In this document: one piece after another, positions 28,432 to 38,700 of the stretch | Position numbering within the stretch: position 1 is the stretch's first letter | Layout of the letters: every line of letters begins with the position of its first letter | Origin: Coleofasciculus chthonoplastes F2-STO-03 | GTDB lineage: Bacteria > Cyanobacteriota > Cyanobacteriia > Cyanobacteriales > Coleofasciculaceae | DNA: 64,000 bases | Direction: 5' to 3' | Assembly (NCBI GenBank): GCA_040222015.1 | Contig: JAVJWO010000130.1 | Coordinates: 1 to 64,000, forward strand | Translations under genes and position numbers: made by a program | Notes under the pieces: model-generated | Databases searched by the model: none | What the model saw: only the letters and a program-made list of their open reading frames with translations | Told to the model about the DNA's origin: nothing

Positions 28432-29688
28432 ATGGTTTCTCTCGCCCGGAAAAACTTACTCGAAGACATTCCCCACTTTTTAGTCGCCCAAGCTGGGATT
28501 ATGTTTGCGGTGAGTTTAGTTACCTTACAAACGGGTATTTTTAATGGATTTACCCAATCCACGGCTCAGTTAATTTATAATTCTAACGCAGATATTTGGG
28601 TGGCATCGGATAAGTTGGTGCAAATGGAGTTGACACTACCCATTCCCTTATCCCATGTTATCTCCGCCCGTCAGGTGGAAGGGGTAGCCAAAGCCGAAGC
28701 CCTTATTTTTAGTGGCGCGTTGTGGAATCCACCCCAAGGAGAAATTACCCGCGTCAGAGTAGTAGGATTTGACCCCAATGGGCAACTATTTCAACCCATC
28801 AATCTAGTGCAAGGTGAGGTTAGTAACTTATCTGAATCCTATAAAATTATCGTCGATGCAACCAACCAAGATTCCCTGAATGTACAACAGATTGGGGATA
28901 TTGCCCGCGTCAATTCCTTACCCGCCCAAGTGGTAGGGTTCACCCAAGGGAATGCCTCGATTGTGTCCAATTCCTTCATGTTTACCTCCCTAACCAGTGC
29001 CAATGCGTTCTTAAAATCGGGTCAAAAGTCGGAACTGTCCTGTAAATTGCCATCAGGTGCTGAGGATTTAATTTGTACCAATACCTATTCGAGAGTATCG
29101 GAAGCCGAACTGCGGAATCAACCGCCACCGCCACCGAATCCATTAGTCGCGTCTGATTTGATTCAATATGTTTTAATTGCGGCACAACCGGATCAGGATT
29201 TGTCACAATTAAAAGAACGATTAGAGAAGGCGTTACCGAATGTGAGTACCTATACTCGCGAGGAGTTTATTAAACTGAATCAAAACTTTTGGCAACAGCG
29301 AACCGGAATTGGCTTTATTCTGGGTTTGGGGGCGGTGGTTGGTGTCGTGGTTGGTGTGATTATTGTCGGTCAAATTCTTTATTCCTCTGTAGCTGACCAT
29401 ATTAAAGAATTTGGTACGCTAAAGGCAATTGGCGCGTCAGATTGGCGCATTTACGGCGTAATTATTGAACAGGCGCTGTGGATGTCAGTTCTCGGTTATC
29501 TCCCCGCCATGTTTCTCTGCTACGGTGTAGCCCTGTGGACATCAGCGACTCAGGGGATTGTGATTCTGATCACCCCCGTATCTGCGATCGCAGTTCTGGC
29601 GATAACGGTGGGAATGTGCGTCGGTTCGGCGATTTTCGCGATTCAGAAAGTGACGCGCCTTGATCCAGCCATGGTGTTTAATCAGTGA
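28432..29688 (+). CDS. ABC transporter permease (DevC/FtsX-MacB type)
   Basis: SLARKNLL...AQAGI.FAV.L, QILYSSV.DH.KEFGTLKAIGA, LDPA.VF. Confidence 0.88.
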   Translation: MVSLARKNLLEDIPHFLVAQAGIMFAVSLVTLQTGIFNGFTQSTAQLIYNSNADIWVASDKLVQMELTLPIPLSHVISARQVEGVAKAEALIFSGALWNPPQGEITRVRVVGFDPNGQLFQPINLVQGEVSNLSESYKIIVDATNQDSLNVQQIGDIARVNSLPAQVVGFTQGNASIVSNSFMFTSLTSANAFLKSGQKSELSCKLPSGAEDLICTNTYSRVSEAELRNQPPPPPNPLVASDLIQYVLIAAQPDQDLSQLKERLEKALPNVSTYTREEFIKLNQNFWQQRTGIGFILGLGAVVGVVVGVIIVGQILYSSVADHIKEFGTLKAIGASDWRIYGVIIEQALWMSVLGYLPAMFLCYGVALWTSATQGIVILITPVSAIAVLAITVGMCVGSAIFAIQKVTRLDPAMVFNQ

Positions 29689-29703
29689 ATCATTTTGTTA
29701 TTT

Positions 29704-29775
29704 GTTAATGGTTAATGGTTGATGGTTGATGGTTGATGGTTGATGGTTAATGGTTAATGGTTGATTGGTAATTGA
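29704..29775. repeat. Heptamer STRR array (TGGTTAA/TGGTTGA)
   Basis: Tandem units seen directly. Confidence 0.85.
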
Positions 29776-29960
29776 TAATTGGATTTGTAGGGGCGAGTCG
29801 CTGCATCAATAGATGGCGTGAGAATTCAACTGTCTCGACTCGCCCTTTTCTCTTCGGTACGGGGGGTTAATTGGATTTGTAGGGGCGAGTCGCTGCATCA
29901 ATAGATGGCGTGAGAATTAACCTGTCTCGACTCGCCCTTTTCTCGTCGGTACGCGGGTTA
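29776..29960. repeat. 92-bp direct repeat, 2 copies, each containing a GTAGGGGCGAGTCG...CGACTCGCCC hairpin
   Basis: Two near-identical units starting at 29776 and 29868. Confidence 0.88.
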
Positions 29961-30060
29961 GATAATTCCCCATACCCCGTGGAGGGCGACCCGAGTCTAT
30001 TAATGGTTTGGTGGTGTAAATTATGTGCGGCGGGTCGCCCCTACGATGTTTATCTATTCA

Positions 30061-32868
30061 TCATTCCTGCTGATTCTGATTCACCAATAACGCCACTGGA
30101 AAATCACTGAGAACATCTCGAATCCACAGGGTATCGTCCCCCTGAATTTCCCGTCCCGTCATCACATCCTGCCACACAGACGACGAACTAGAGGGTAAAG
30201 AAATCCGGGTTTCTTGCCAAACTTGTTCACCCATGGGATATTCTCCTGGCTTCACTAAACTTGTCAACAGCCGAGGGACAATGACAATCACCGTTGTATG
30301 ATCCCAAGTTCGGGCAAAGGTAACAACATGATCCTTCAAGCTGCCAATAACCGTCAGTTTCTGGTAATCTCCCCGTTGGAATAGCTCTAAATACTCGCGC
30401 CGTACTTTTAAGGCTTGATAAATGACAAATAACTTAATTCGACTATCTTCTAGAGTCTGACACAGTTCCTGAACTAAACCCAGGCTATCCATTTCAAAGC
30501 GCTGCTTCAATTCTTGGACTAACGCCAGCCGCCGTTCAAAATCCACCGGACGACGATTATCGGGATCAACTAAACTTAAATCCCACAGTTCCGTTCCTTG
30601 GTAAAAATCAGGAACCCCCGGAGATGTCAGTTTCAACAAGGCTTGGGAGAGACTATTAAAAATTCCGTAATGTTGGATTTTACGTTGAAATGGTAGAAAC
30701 GCTTCTAAAAAGGGATTGTCATGGGGATCTTTGAGTAAGCGTTCAGCAAACCGAATAAACCCTTCTTCATAGTGGGTATCCGGTTTCAACCAAGCGGTAT
30801 GAACTTTTGCCTCTCGGATTGCCTTGATAACATAGTCTTTGATCCGCTGCACATAGCTAGGGAACTCTGCATCATCAAAGGGGAAGGTTCCCAGCAAGGT
30901 TTGGTAAAGAAAATATTCGTCGTTGGGATCAGGAATATCTAACCCATCAATACAATCCTTGTGAACCGCATTTATTTCCTGCCATTTTCTCAACATACTA
31001 TCCCACTCGCCGGGAATTTCGGAAAGGACATTAATTCTGGCTCTTACATCTTCACCCCGTTTTGTATCGTGGGTTGCTGTTGTATTGATTGTATGGGGCC
31101 AATAAGCGATGCGGTGTTGGTTAAAGTCATGAAAGTCGTCTAAGGAAACGCCAAACTCACCCGGATTACCACCCACTTCATTAAGAGAGATGAGACGGTT
31201 ATAAATATAGAACGTCGTATCTTCCACCCCCTTGGCTGTCAGCGGTCCGGTAAACTGTTGCAGCCGCATGACAAAATAACGCCATTGTTCGGCTTCTTCG
31301 GGATTGAGTGACTCATCAACCTCCAGTAATAAAAACTTCTCAATAAACGTCAGTTCGTTAAAGAAAATTGGCGTATTTTCTTTGGCTTTGCTAATGACGT
31401 ACTCAATACAATCTCGATCCGCTTTGCTCAACCCTTCTGGATTAATGTAGGTTCGGTATACGGGAAACAGCGCCATGATTTCGACTAAAGCGGCTTTCAG
31501 CGCATATATAGTAAAGTCACTAGCGTATCTGTACCGACCAGAAATTCGTTGGAGTAAATTGGCTAAATTATCGATATCTCCAGTCAAATGCTTGGCGATA
31601 ATCAATCGCTTTTTGTCTTCTATTATGACTTGATAGGATATGGAATTCCCGATAAAGCGATAGTAAACGCTGTCAAACTTAGGCTGAGTCTGGTGATGAC
31701 AGAAAATACCATTAACTTTGTTTAAGAAATCATACCCACTCGTCCCTTGTACGGGCCACGTTAGCGGCAAATCTTCATGCTCTTCCAAGATTTTCTCAAC
31801 CACGATATACGCATCAGAGGCATGATCTCGCAAGCGATTCAAATATTGAGCCGGATCGTACAGTCCATCGATATGATCGATTCTAATGCCGCTAAATTTA
31901 TTTTCCTCAATCAGCTTCAATATCAACGCATGATTGTGATTAAACACCCGCTCATCTTCGATGCGAACGGAAATCAGGTCATTGACTGTGAAAAATCGCC
32001 GATAATTCAGTTCTTCATTCCCCACCTTCCAGTACGCAAGGCGGAAAAACTGCTCAGCCAATAATTTCTCTAACAAATCAAAGCTTTCGGGTTTTCCGGG
32101 TTCGCCATTAAAGATTTGAATATTTTCGTCGATGAACTCCCTGATCTCGACACTATCATTCCAGAGTTCCCATAACATACTCTTGATAAAGCCAATCTGG
32201 TCATAGCGTTCCATTCCTTCTTCGCCAGAGGGAATGTATTTTAATGCATAGAGAGCGCCCAGAAACTTGACAAAATCGGGATGATTCCTGCCTAATTTCC
32301 GGCGGATGCGTGCCAAATCATAGGTTAAGACATTGGAGTAGGATTCGATGCGAATGGGAAACTGTAGGTCATAGTAATTAATCGTAAAACCTTCTTGGTT
32401 ATACTGGAGTTTGAGTTCACCACTTTCTAAGCAATCTCCACAAAACTTACCTAAAAATGGCGCTAAGACTCGCTGCCGAATGCCCTCATAATGATGTTCC
32501 CAATTAATATCAAAGTAGTCTTTATATTGAGAATTAGGACCATTCTCTAAAACTTCGACCAGCATGGGATTTTGACGATCAAACGCCATGTGGTTCGGCA
32601 CAATATCCTGAAGCCATCCTAATCCGTGCTGTTGCGCCTCCTCAACCAGAGACTCAAACTCCTCCAATCCGCCGAGTTCTGGGTTTATTTGATTGGGATC
32701 AACCACATCGTAGCCATGGGTGCTACCGGATCTGGCTTTAAATATGGGGGATGCATAAACGTCAGAAACTCCTAATTCTGCCAAGTAGGAAACAATGGCT
32801 TTTGCTAACTCAAAGGTAAACTCAGGATTAAATTGAATTCTATAGGTGGCGACTGGAATCCGCATCAT
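30061..32868 (-). CDS. treY: Maltooligosyl trehalose synthase
   Basis: P.ATYRIQF, GSTHGYDVVD, DIVPNHM, RIDHIDGL, ATHDTKRGEDVRAR, SLVDPDNRRPVD. Confidence 0.96.
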   Translation of the reverse strand: MMRIPVATYRIQFNPEFTFELAKAIVSYLAELGVSDVYASPIFKARSGSTHGYDVVDPNQINPELGGLEEFESLVEEAQQHGLGWLQDIVPNHMAFDRQNPMLVEVLENGPNSQYKDYFDINWEHHYEGIRQRVLAPFLGKFCGDCLESGELKLQYNQEGFTINYYDLQFPIRIESYSNVLTYDLARIRRKLGRNHPDFVKFLGALYALKYIPSGEEGMERYDQIGFIKSMLWELWNDSVEIREFIDENIQIFNGEPGKPESFDLLEKLLAEQFFRLAYWKVGNEELNYRRFFTVNDLISVRIEDERVFNHNHALILKLIEENKFSGIRIDHIDGLYDPAQYLNRLRDHASDAYIVVEKILEEHEDLPLTWPVQGTSGYDFLNKVNGIFCHHQTQPKFDSVYYRFIGNSISYQVIIEDKKRLIIAKHLTGDIDNLANLLQRISGRYRYASDFTIYALKAALVEIMALFPVYRTYINPEGLSKADRDCIEYVISKAKENTPIFFNELTFIEKFLLLEVDESLNPEEAEQWRYFVMRLQQFTGPLTAKGVEDTTFYIYNRLISLNEVGGNPGEFGVSLDDFHDFNQHRIAYWPHTINTTATHDTKRGEDVRARINVLSEIPGEWDSMLRKWQEINAVHKDCIDGLDIPDPNDEYFLYQTLLGTFPFDDAEFPSYVQRIKDYVIKAIREAKVHTAWLKPDTHYEEGFIRFAERLLKDPHDNPFLEAFLPFQRKIQHYGIFNSLSQALLKLTSPGVPDFYQGTELWDLSLVDPDNRRPVDFERRLALVQELKQRFEMDSLGLVQELCQTLEDSRIKLFVIYQALKVRREYLELFQRGDYQKLTVIGSLKDHVVTFARTWDHTTVIVIVPRLLTSLVKPGEYPMGEQVWQETRISLPSSSSSVWQDVMTGREIQGDDTLWIRDVLSDFPVALLVNQNQQE

Positions 32869-33007
32869 AAGCTTTGAAAGGGGTTAAAGAACTGACAGAG
32901 CGTTGGCTCTAAGAATCGATCTAAAAATGGCTTGTTAACAGTGGCGTTAAACCGTAGGATAGTTGCGTTGAACGTAATGCTTAAATCATAGCTTAACATT
33001 AGTTAAT

Positions 33008-33233
33008 TAGGGTCTGCTGAATAAGTTTTGTGGTGAGGGGAGGGAACAGGGAACTGCTTAACAGGGAACAGGGAACAGTTTCAACCCCCGGTTGGGGGAA
33101 GATTCTGCGCTCGCGGAGGTGAAAATCCAAGGATGCAAGAGCGTAAGGGTGTAAAAACCTTGCACTTGTTGGGTTAAAAAATGGCTTTAAACCCTTGTAT
33201 AGTATAGCTTCCCGATTAATTCAGCAAGCCCTA
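33008..33233. mobile_element. ~225-bp MITE between treZ and treY
   Basis: TAGGGTCTGCTGAAT ... ATTCAGCAAGCCCTA imperfect terminal inverted repeats; internal AGGGAAC heptamers. Confidence 0.72.
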
Positions 33234-33260
33234 GTTAGTTCTGCCGCGCTGCCCTACTGT

Positions 33261-35093
33261 CTACTGACAGTATAAGGCAAAACTCAGGGGAGCAATGGTT
33301 AGAGATTGTCCAGCTTGTAGCGGTTGGGGGAGGTATGATCCCTCACCCATCCATTCCTTATCCGCCGAGTCAATCACTTTCGAGAAGTTCCCTGGGGGAA
33401 TCTGAGGCGAAACAGTTACCCCATCGTTGGCAAAGTTGATCAAGCCGAGGACTTGGCTATCTCCAGCCGTGCGATGAATAACGATAATCTTTTCTGGGGA
33501 CAAGCTAGATACATTAAGATTCTGCCTGTCTAGGGTAGCTAAAGCTGGGGTTTCTTTGCGTAGTTGAATTAACCGTTTGTACCAGCGCCGCAATACACTA
33601 TGCTTCTCTTGGTCAATCTTATCCCACTGTAGTTTTGACTGCTCAAAGACTTTTGTCCCTTGGGGATCAGGGGCGTTGTCCCAACCAAATGCTTTAAACT
33701 CTTCAGCCCTTCCTGTACGCACGCCTTCAATTAAATCGGGATCACTGTGACTGACAAAATACTGAAACGGTGCGTCTTCCCCATATTCTTCACCCATAAA
33801 TAGCATCGGGATATAAGGAGAAAGCAATACCGTCGCCGCCGCTACCTTTAACCCCTGAAAGTCTACCAAAGTAGATAAGCGATCGCCAATCAGTCGATTG
33901 CCAATTTGATCGTGGTTCTGGATACAGACGACAAACTGTTCCGCCGGACGATCTGCTGCTGAATTGCCATGGTTGCGTTTGCGGAAGCTGGAATATTGTC
34001 CACTATAGATATAGCCTTCGCGCAGAGCAACTGCCAACTGCTCAATTTTGCCAAAATCTTCGTAATATCCCGATAGTTCGCCGGTTAACAGAGTATGCAA
34101 GATGTGATGAAAGTCATCGCACCATTGAGCATCATGACCAAATCCGCCGTCTTCCCTGGGTTTAATCACGCGCACGTCATTGAGATCACTTTCGGCGATG
34201 ACGTATCGTTGCACTGGCGTGGTGCGATTGAAGTTGGCGACAGCATCCCCTAATTCTTGTAAAAAGGGTTGAGCGCTCATATCGTAAATCGCGTGAACTG
34301 CATCAACGCGCAGGGCGTCAATGTGGTACTTATCTAACCAGTACAGGGTATTCTGGATAAAGAAATTCCGCACCTGATTACTATAAGCGCCATCAAAGTT
34401 AACGGCATTACCCCAAGGGGTACGATATTGATCCGTAAAGTAGGGACCATACGCCCAGAGATAGTTGCCTTCGGGTCCTAAATGGTTATACACCACATCT
34501 AAAATGACCGCGATCCCCGCTTGGTGACAAGCATCCACGAGTTTTTTCAACCCCGCAGGTCCCCCATAAGACTCTTGCACACCATAGACATAAACCCCGT
34601 CATACCCCCAGTTGCGACTTCCGGGAAACTGCGCCACGGGCATAATTTCAATTGCGGTTATGCCTAAATCCTGGAGGTAACTTAAGCGAGGAATAATCGA
34701 TTCAAAGGTTCCTTCTGGGGTAAAGGTACCGACGTGAAGTTCGTAAATAATTAGGTCTTTGAGGGGAATTCCTTGCCAAGAATTATCCGTCCAGTCAAAT
34801 TGGTGATCTACGACTTGAGAGGAACCATGGACTCCCTCCGGTTGGTAATGGGAGGCGGGATCAGGTCGTTCCAGCGACCCATCGAGTTGGTAAACGTAGA
34901 GCGTTCCGGGGTCAGCTTTTACCGTTTGTTGCCAATATCCCCATGCATCCTGTTGCAGGGGAATCACTTGATCTTGGGGAGAGACGATGTGAACCGCAAC
35001 GCTGTCCCGAAACGGTGCCCAAACTCGGAATTCACATTGACCGTTACCCAGGTAGTTGCTGCCAATTTTCATATCACCCCTCTGTAAATTCAT
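33261..35093 (-). CDS. treZ: Maltooligosyl trehalose trehalohydrolase
   Basis: FRVWAP, YELHVGTFTPEGTF, RNWGYDGV, DVVYNHLGPEGNY, RVDAVHAI, QNHDQIGNR. Confidence 0.96.
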   Translation of the reverse strand: MNLQRGDMKIGSNYLGNGQCEFRVWAPFRDSVAVHIVSPQDQVIPLQQDAWGYWQQTVKADPGTLYVYQLDGSLERPDPASHYQPEGVHGSSQVVDHQFDWTDNSWQGIPLKDLIIYELHVGTFTPEGTFESIIPRLSYLQDLGITAIEIMPVAQFPGSRNWGYDGVYVYGVQESYGGPAGLKKLVDACHQAGIAVILDVVYNHLGPEGNYLWAYGPYFTDQYRTPWGNAVNFDGAYSNQVRNFFIQNTLYWLDKYHIDALRVDAVHAIYDMSAQPFLQELGDAVANFNRTTPVQRYVIAESDLNDVRVIKPREDGGFGHDAQWCDDFHHILHTLLTGELSGYYEDFGKIEQLAVALREGYIYSGQYSSFRKRNHGNSAADRPAEQFVVCIQNHDQIGNRLIGDRLSTLVDFQGLKVAAATVLLSPYIPMLFMGEEYGEDAPFQYFVSHSDPDLIEGVRTGRAEEFKAFGWDNAPDPQGTKVFEQSKLQWDKIDQEKHSVLRRWYKRLIQLRKETPALATLDRQNLNVSSLSPEKIIVIHRTAGDSQVLGLINFANDGVTVSPQIPPGNFSKVIDSADKEWMGEGSYLPQPLQAGQSLTIAPLSFALYCQ

Positions 35094-35192
35094 AGTCTGA
35101 GAAACTTGTCAAGGTTTTAGCCGTGCGATCGCCCGACTCGGAATCAGCCAACGGGCGACCCATCTGTACCTGATCAGATTACCCCACACTTT

Positions 35193-35417
35193 ATGACTTT
35201 TAATCTAACATCTGGTGTAACTGTTGATAATGGCACAGCCGTCTTGACTGGCGTAGAGTACCCAGCTACCGTGCCCAAGTCGCCGCCGCAGAAGATGCTT
35301 GGAGGGTGCCAGGAGTTCTTACGGTTAATAACCACCATCCGTTACGCCTAAAAGCGCGAATTAGATTAAATTCCCGACGGCTTCAAGAACGCGGGGATCG
35401 AGTAGACGAAGACTAAT
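35193..35417 (+). pseudogene. Frameshifted BON (OsmY-like) domain remnant
   Basis: One frame reads GVTVDNGTAVLTG; after a frameshift near 35252 another reads VPSYRAQVAAAEDAWRVPGVLTVNNH; together they match the BON consensus. Confidence 0.6.
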
Positions 35418-35419
35418 AT

Positions 35420-35486
35420 GGGAAAGGCGCCTGGGAGTCTTGCCGTGTTTCGACCCCAAGCGCCTTTTCCTTTTCCTCACACACAC
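35420..35486 (-). ncRNA. yfr2: Yfr2-family small RNA
   Basis: Minus strand reads GTGTGTGTGAGGA...AAAGGCGCTTGGGGTC-GAAACACGGCAA-GACTCCCAGGCGCCTTT: a 5' GTGAGGA motif plus a stem-loop with a GAAACA loop; TATACT -10 box just upstream. Confidence 0.72.
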
Positions 35487-35492
35487 AACCTA

Positions 35493-35498
35493 AGTATA
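35493..35498 (-). promoter_or_regulatory. -10 element (TATACT) for the Yfr2-like RNA
   Basis: TATACT, a 6-nt spacer, then the G at 35486 as predicted TSS. Confidence 0.6.
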
Positions 35499-35679
35499 CT
35501 CAATTTTTGGGAATTGTCCAGTCCCAAATCGGGAAAATGTTATCCGTGTTTAACTGATGTAGTATTGGCAACACCCCCTATAATACGTCTAGTTAGGCTA
35601 AATTAGCGTTTGGGTTGAGCTATAACCCAATGTATTTGTTTGTCTATATCCAGATCAAGGATTGTATACGAGGAAACTC

Positions 35680-36153
35680 ATGCTGATGAGAAGTTATCGC
35701 TCCATTCTGGCGTTGATGCTGGCGCTGGTGACCACCTGTCTTGTAAGCTGCGGTAGTCCTGCGGCAACTGCACCGCCCCCAGCTTATACATCTCAGCAGG
35801 TTGAGCAGATTCAGCGCACAGTGTCTAACCTGTCGGAACTGCGGGGAAAAATGCCCGTTCTGAAAACGAAAATTGATAACCGTGATTGGGTTGATGTCAG
35901 CACTTATATTCATGGTCCATTAGGTAGCTTGCGGCGAACCATGAGTTATCTGACACGCCAATTGCTTCCCCAAGAACAAAAGGCAGCTAGTGAAGCAGCA
36001 GATGACTTGTTTGAACATTTACAGCAAATTAACACGGCTGCTGAAAGCCGCAACTATCAATTGGCGATCACGAATTATCAAGAGGCATTAATCGACTTTG
36101 ATCGGTTCTTAAAGCTGATTCCGGATGCCAGTAATGTAGCTGGAGTTAGCTGA
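35680..36153 (+). CDS. psbQ: Photosystem II lipoprotein PsbQ (CyanoQ)
   Basis: Signal peptide with lipobox LVSC, W.DV..YIHGPLG.LR, LLP.EQK.A. Confidence 0.92.
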   Translation: MLMRSYRSILALMLALVTTCLVSCGSPAATAPPPAYTSQQVEQIQRTVSNLSELRGKMPVLKTKIDNRDWVDVSTYIHGPLGSLRRTMSYLTRQLLPQEQKAASEAADDLFEHLQQINTAAESRNYQLAITNYQEALIDFDRFLKLIPDASNVAGVS

Positions 36154-37272
36154 ATGACTCATGTTGCCATCATTGGGTGTGGAATTGTTGGGGCTGCGAT
36201 CGCCTACCAACTGAGTGGCGTTTCGGGGCTACAGGTGACTGTACTAGATCGCCACCCCCCCGCCCAAGGGTCAACGGGGGCAGCATTGGGTGTCTTGATG
36301 GGTGTGATTAGTCAAAAGGTTAAGGGGAGAACCTGGCAGTTGCGCCAAGCTAGTATGCAGCGCTATGAAACCCTGATTCCAGAATTGGAAACATTGACTG
36401 GGTATCAGATTCCCTTTAACCGTCAAGGCATCTTGATGCTGGCGTTTGAAAACGACGATTTAGCCCGTTGGCAGAATTTAGTCAAAATTCGCCAATCCCA
36501 AGGATGGCAACTAGAAATTTGGAACACGGCTCAAGTTGAATCCCACTGTCCTCAGCTTAATCTGGAGAATAGTATCGGTGCGATTTATTCTCCCAATGAC
36601 CGACAAGTTGAACCTACCGCCCTTACGCACGCCCTAGTTGCTGCTGCCCAACAGAGGGGCGTAACGTTTAAGTTTGGCGTTGGTGTGGAAGGAGTGGAAT
36701 CCATGCCTGTTAATGGTTCCAATCAGCGAATTTGTCAGCAAATTTACACCCAGATGGAAACCTTGGCAGTGGATTGGCTGGTAATTGCGGCGGGATTAGG
36801 TTCGGCACAATTGGTCAATTTTCTGCTATCCCCACCGAATCAATCGTCTGCGATCGCACTCAAACCTGTTCTCGGTCAAGCGTTACAATTACGCCTAGGG
36901 AATACCATTGGTCATCCAGATTTCCAGCCTGTGATTACAGCTGATGATGTGCATATTGTGCCAATCGGTGGCGGTGATTATTGGGTGGGGGCAACGGTTG
37001 AGTTTCCTCATGGCACGGAAGTGGTTGCAGAACCGGCATTACTCGAACAAGTCAAACAGGATGCGATCGGCTTTTGTCCCGCTTTAGCCCAAGCCACAGT
37101 GGTTCGCACTTGGTTCGGGAAACGTCCCCGCCCAGAAGGACAGCCCGCTCCAGTTATTGGTAAACTATCGGGTTATAATAATGTCTTGCTGGCAACGGGT
37201 CACTATCGCAACGGTGTTCTCCTCGCCCCAACTACCGCCCAAGAGATTCAAGCGATAATCTGTGCTGCCTAG
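36154..37272 (+). CDS. FAD-dependent oxidoreductase (glycine oxidase/DAO, ThiO-like)
   Basis: IIGCGIVG, STGAALGVLMG, RPRP, ATGHYRNGVLLAP.TA. Confidence 0.9.
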   Translation: MTHVAIIGCGIVGAAIAYQLSGVSGLQVTVLDRHPPAQGSTGAALGVLMGVISQKVKGRTWQLRQASMQRYETLIPELETLTGYQIPFNRQGILMLAFENDDLARWQNLVKIRQSQGWQLEIWNTAQVESHCPQLNLENSIGAIYSPNDRQVEPTALTHALVAAAQQRGVTFKFGVGVEGVESMPVNGSNQRICQQIYTQMETLAVDWLVIAAGLGSAQLVNFLLSPPNQSSAIALKPVLGQALQLRLGNTIGHPDFQPVITADDVHIVPIGGGDYWVGATVEFPHGTEVVAEPALLEQVKQDAIGFCPALAQATVVRTWFGKRPRPEGQPAPVIGKLSGYNNVLLATGHYRNGVLLAPTTAQEIQAIICAA

Positions 37273-37279
37273 AATCTAG

Positions 37280-37879
37280 TGCAGGGCTTGGTTTATTGAC
37301 GATTACGGTGAAGACGACGTGTACCAACAAGAGCAAATTCAAGAGTTATTTGGAAAGCAAGTTCTCGATCTCAGAGACAGGTTGGCAAATCAAATACCTC
37401 AGCAAATTGCCGAGTTTAGTAAAGTTGATTACTTTTACTTTGCCCCTAGTTTACCAAAAGTTCTTCAAGAAGAACAGGAGTTTAGCCAAGCTGTGGCATA
37501 TCTTTGCGCTTTTGACAATCCTGAACCCGATAAAATTGAATGTGTAGCTATTGTGATTCTAGGCGCGTGGCTTTCCAGCGATAAATCTAATGTCTCTCTT
37601 AGGGAAATTTTGGAAAAATCTCGACAATCGCAACCTTCTTATATTCGTTACTTTGGTAGCCAAGATGTGCAAATCGATCCAGAGGTTAAAAAAATTCTTG
37701 CTAAAATACAAAGGTTTACGTACAGCATATCTAAAGGTTTTTTGCAATGGCAATTTGCGAATGGACTGGAAGAAGGAACTTTACCATACAGTATAGAAAC
37801 TGAAAACTTTAGACGCTTTCAAGAACGAGTTAAGCAAAATAAACCAATGACATTCGATGAACTTGAAATTCACTTTTAA
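37280..37879 (+). pseudogene. AT-rich gene of unknown function, probably 5'-truncated
   Basis: The frame stays open upstream of the GTG at 37319 (CRAWFIDDYGEDDVYQQ) back to a TAG at 37277, with no ATG or RBS. Confidence 0.55.
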
Positions 37880-37969
37880 AAAATTAAAGTTTTAGAGTAA
37901 ATATTTAGGGTGAAGTAAAAATTATATAATTATTTATTTTTGAGTATACAGAATAGGGAGATGATTGGT

Positions 37970-38692
37970 ATGCAATTTACAACCAAAATAAATTCAAGAT
38001 TATATACAGAATTAGCCGATACGGAAACAAAAAAATTTCTCGATAAATTAGCAGATAAAAGCACATCTCCTGAAGCCTATCGCTCAGTTATGTTTAAACT
38101 AGGGGTAAAACTTGGCAATTCAATTTTAAAGTCTATTAATAGTCAAAGCAATGTATATCTAGCCTGTACCGTTGAAGATGCGGATTTTTTAGCCAAAGGA
38201 ATTCTCACGACTTTAGAATCTAAAGTTTCAAAACTTGCCTTCGCTTGTTTTTGGAATCAACGATTTTCCCCCTTTGAGATAAACGAGTTAAAAGTTGCTC
38301 CGATACTCAAAAAGTATCAAGAGCCTGTTAATAATGATATCGTTCAGTATTTAATCGTGATTAAGTCCATTATCTCTGGTGCTTGTGTCGTGAGGACAAA
38401 TCTAACTAATCTAATTCAAAAAATTGAACCCGAAAAAATACTTATTGCTGCACCAGTAATTTATAAAACAGCAGAAGAAAAGTTAAGTAGTGAATTCAAC
38501 AAGGATATTTACAGTAAATTTGAGTTTTTCTACTTTGCTAAAGATTCCACGCGAGATGATAAAGGTATAGTTCTACCTGGTATTGGTGGTAGTGTGTATG
38601 AGCGGCTAGGTTTTGAAGGTCAAGATGAAAAGAATAGATATATTCCTGAAATCGTTAAATCTCGACGTCACAAGCTTGTTCAAAACATTTAA
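37970..38692 (+). CDS. Uracil phosphoribosyltransferase-like (type I PRTase fold) protein
   Basis: N-terminal L.DK.TS...YR..M..LG and C-terminal GIVLPGIGG..Y.RLG resemble Upp; PRPP loop is atypical; GGAG RBS. Confidence 0.6.
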   Translation: MQFTTKINSRLYTELADTETKKFLDKLADKSTSPEAYRSVMFKLGVKLGNSILKSINSQSNVYLACTVEDADFLAKGILTTLESKVSKLAFACFWNQRFSPFEINELKVAPILKKYQEPVNNDIVQYLIVIKSIISGACVVRTNLTNLIQKIEPEKILIAAPVIYKTAEEKLSSEFNKDIYSKFEFFYFAKDSTRDDKGIVLPGIGGSVYERLGFEGQDEKNRYIPEIVKSRRHKLVQNI

Positions 38693-38700
38693 AAATTAAA

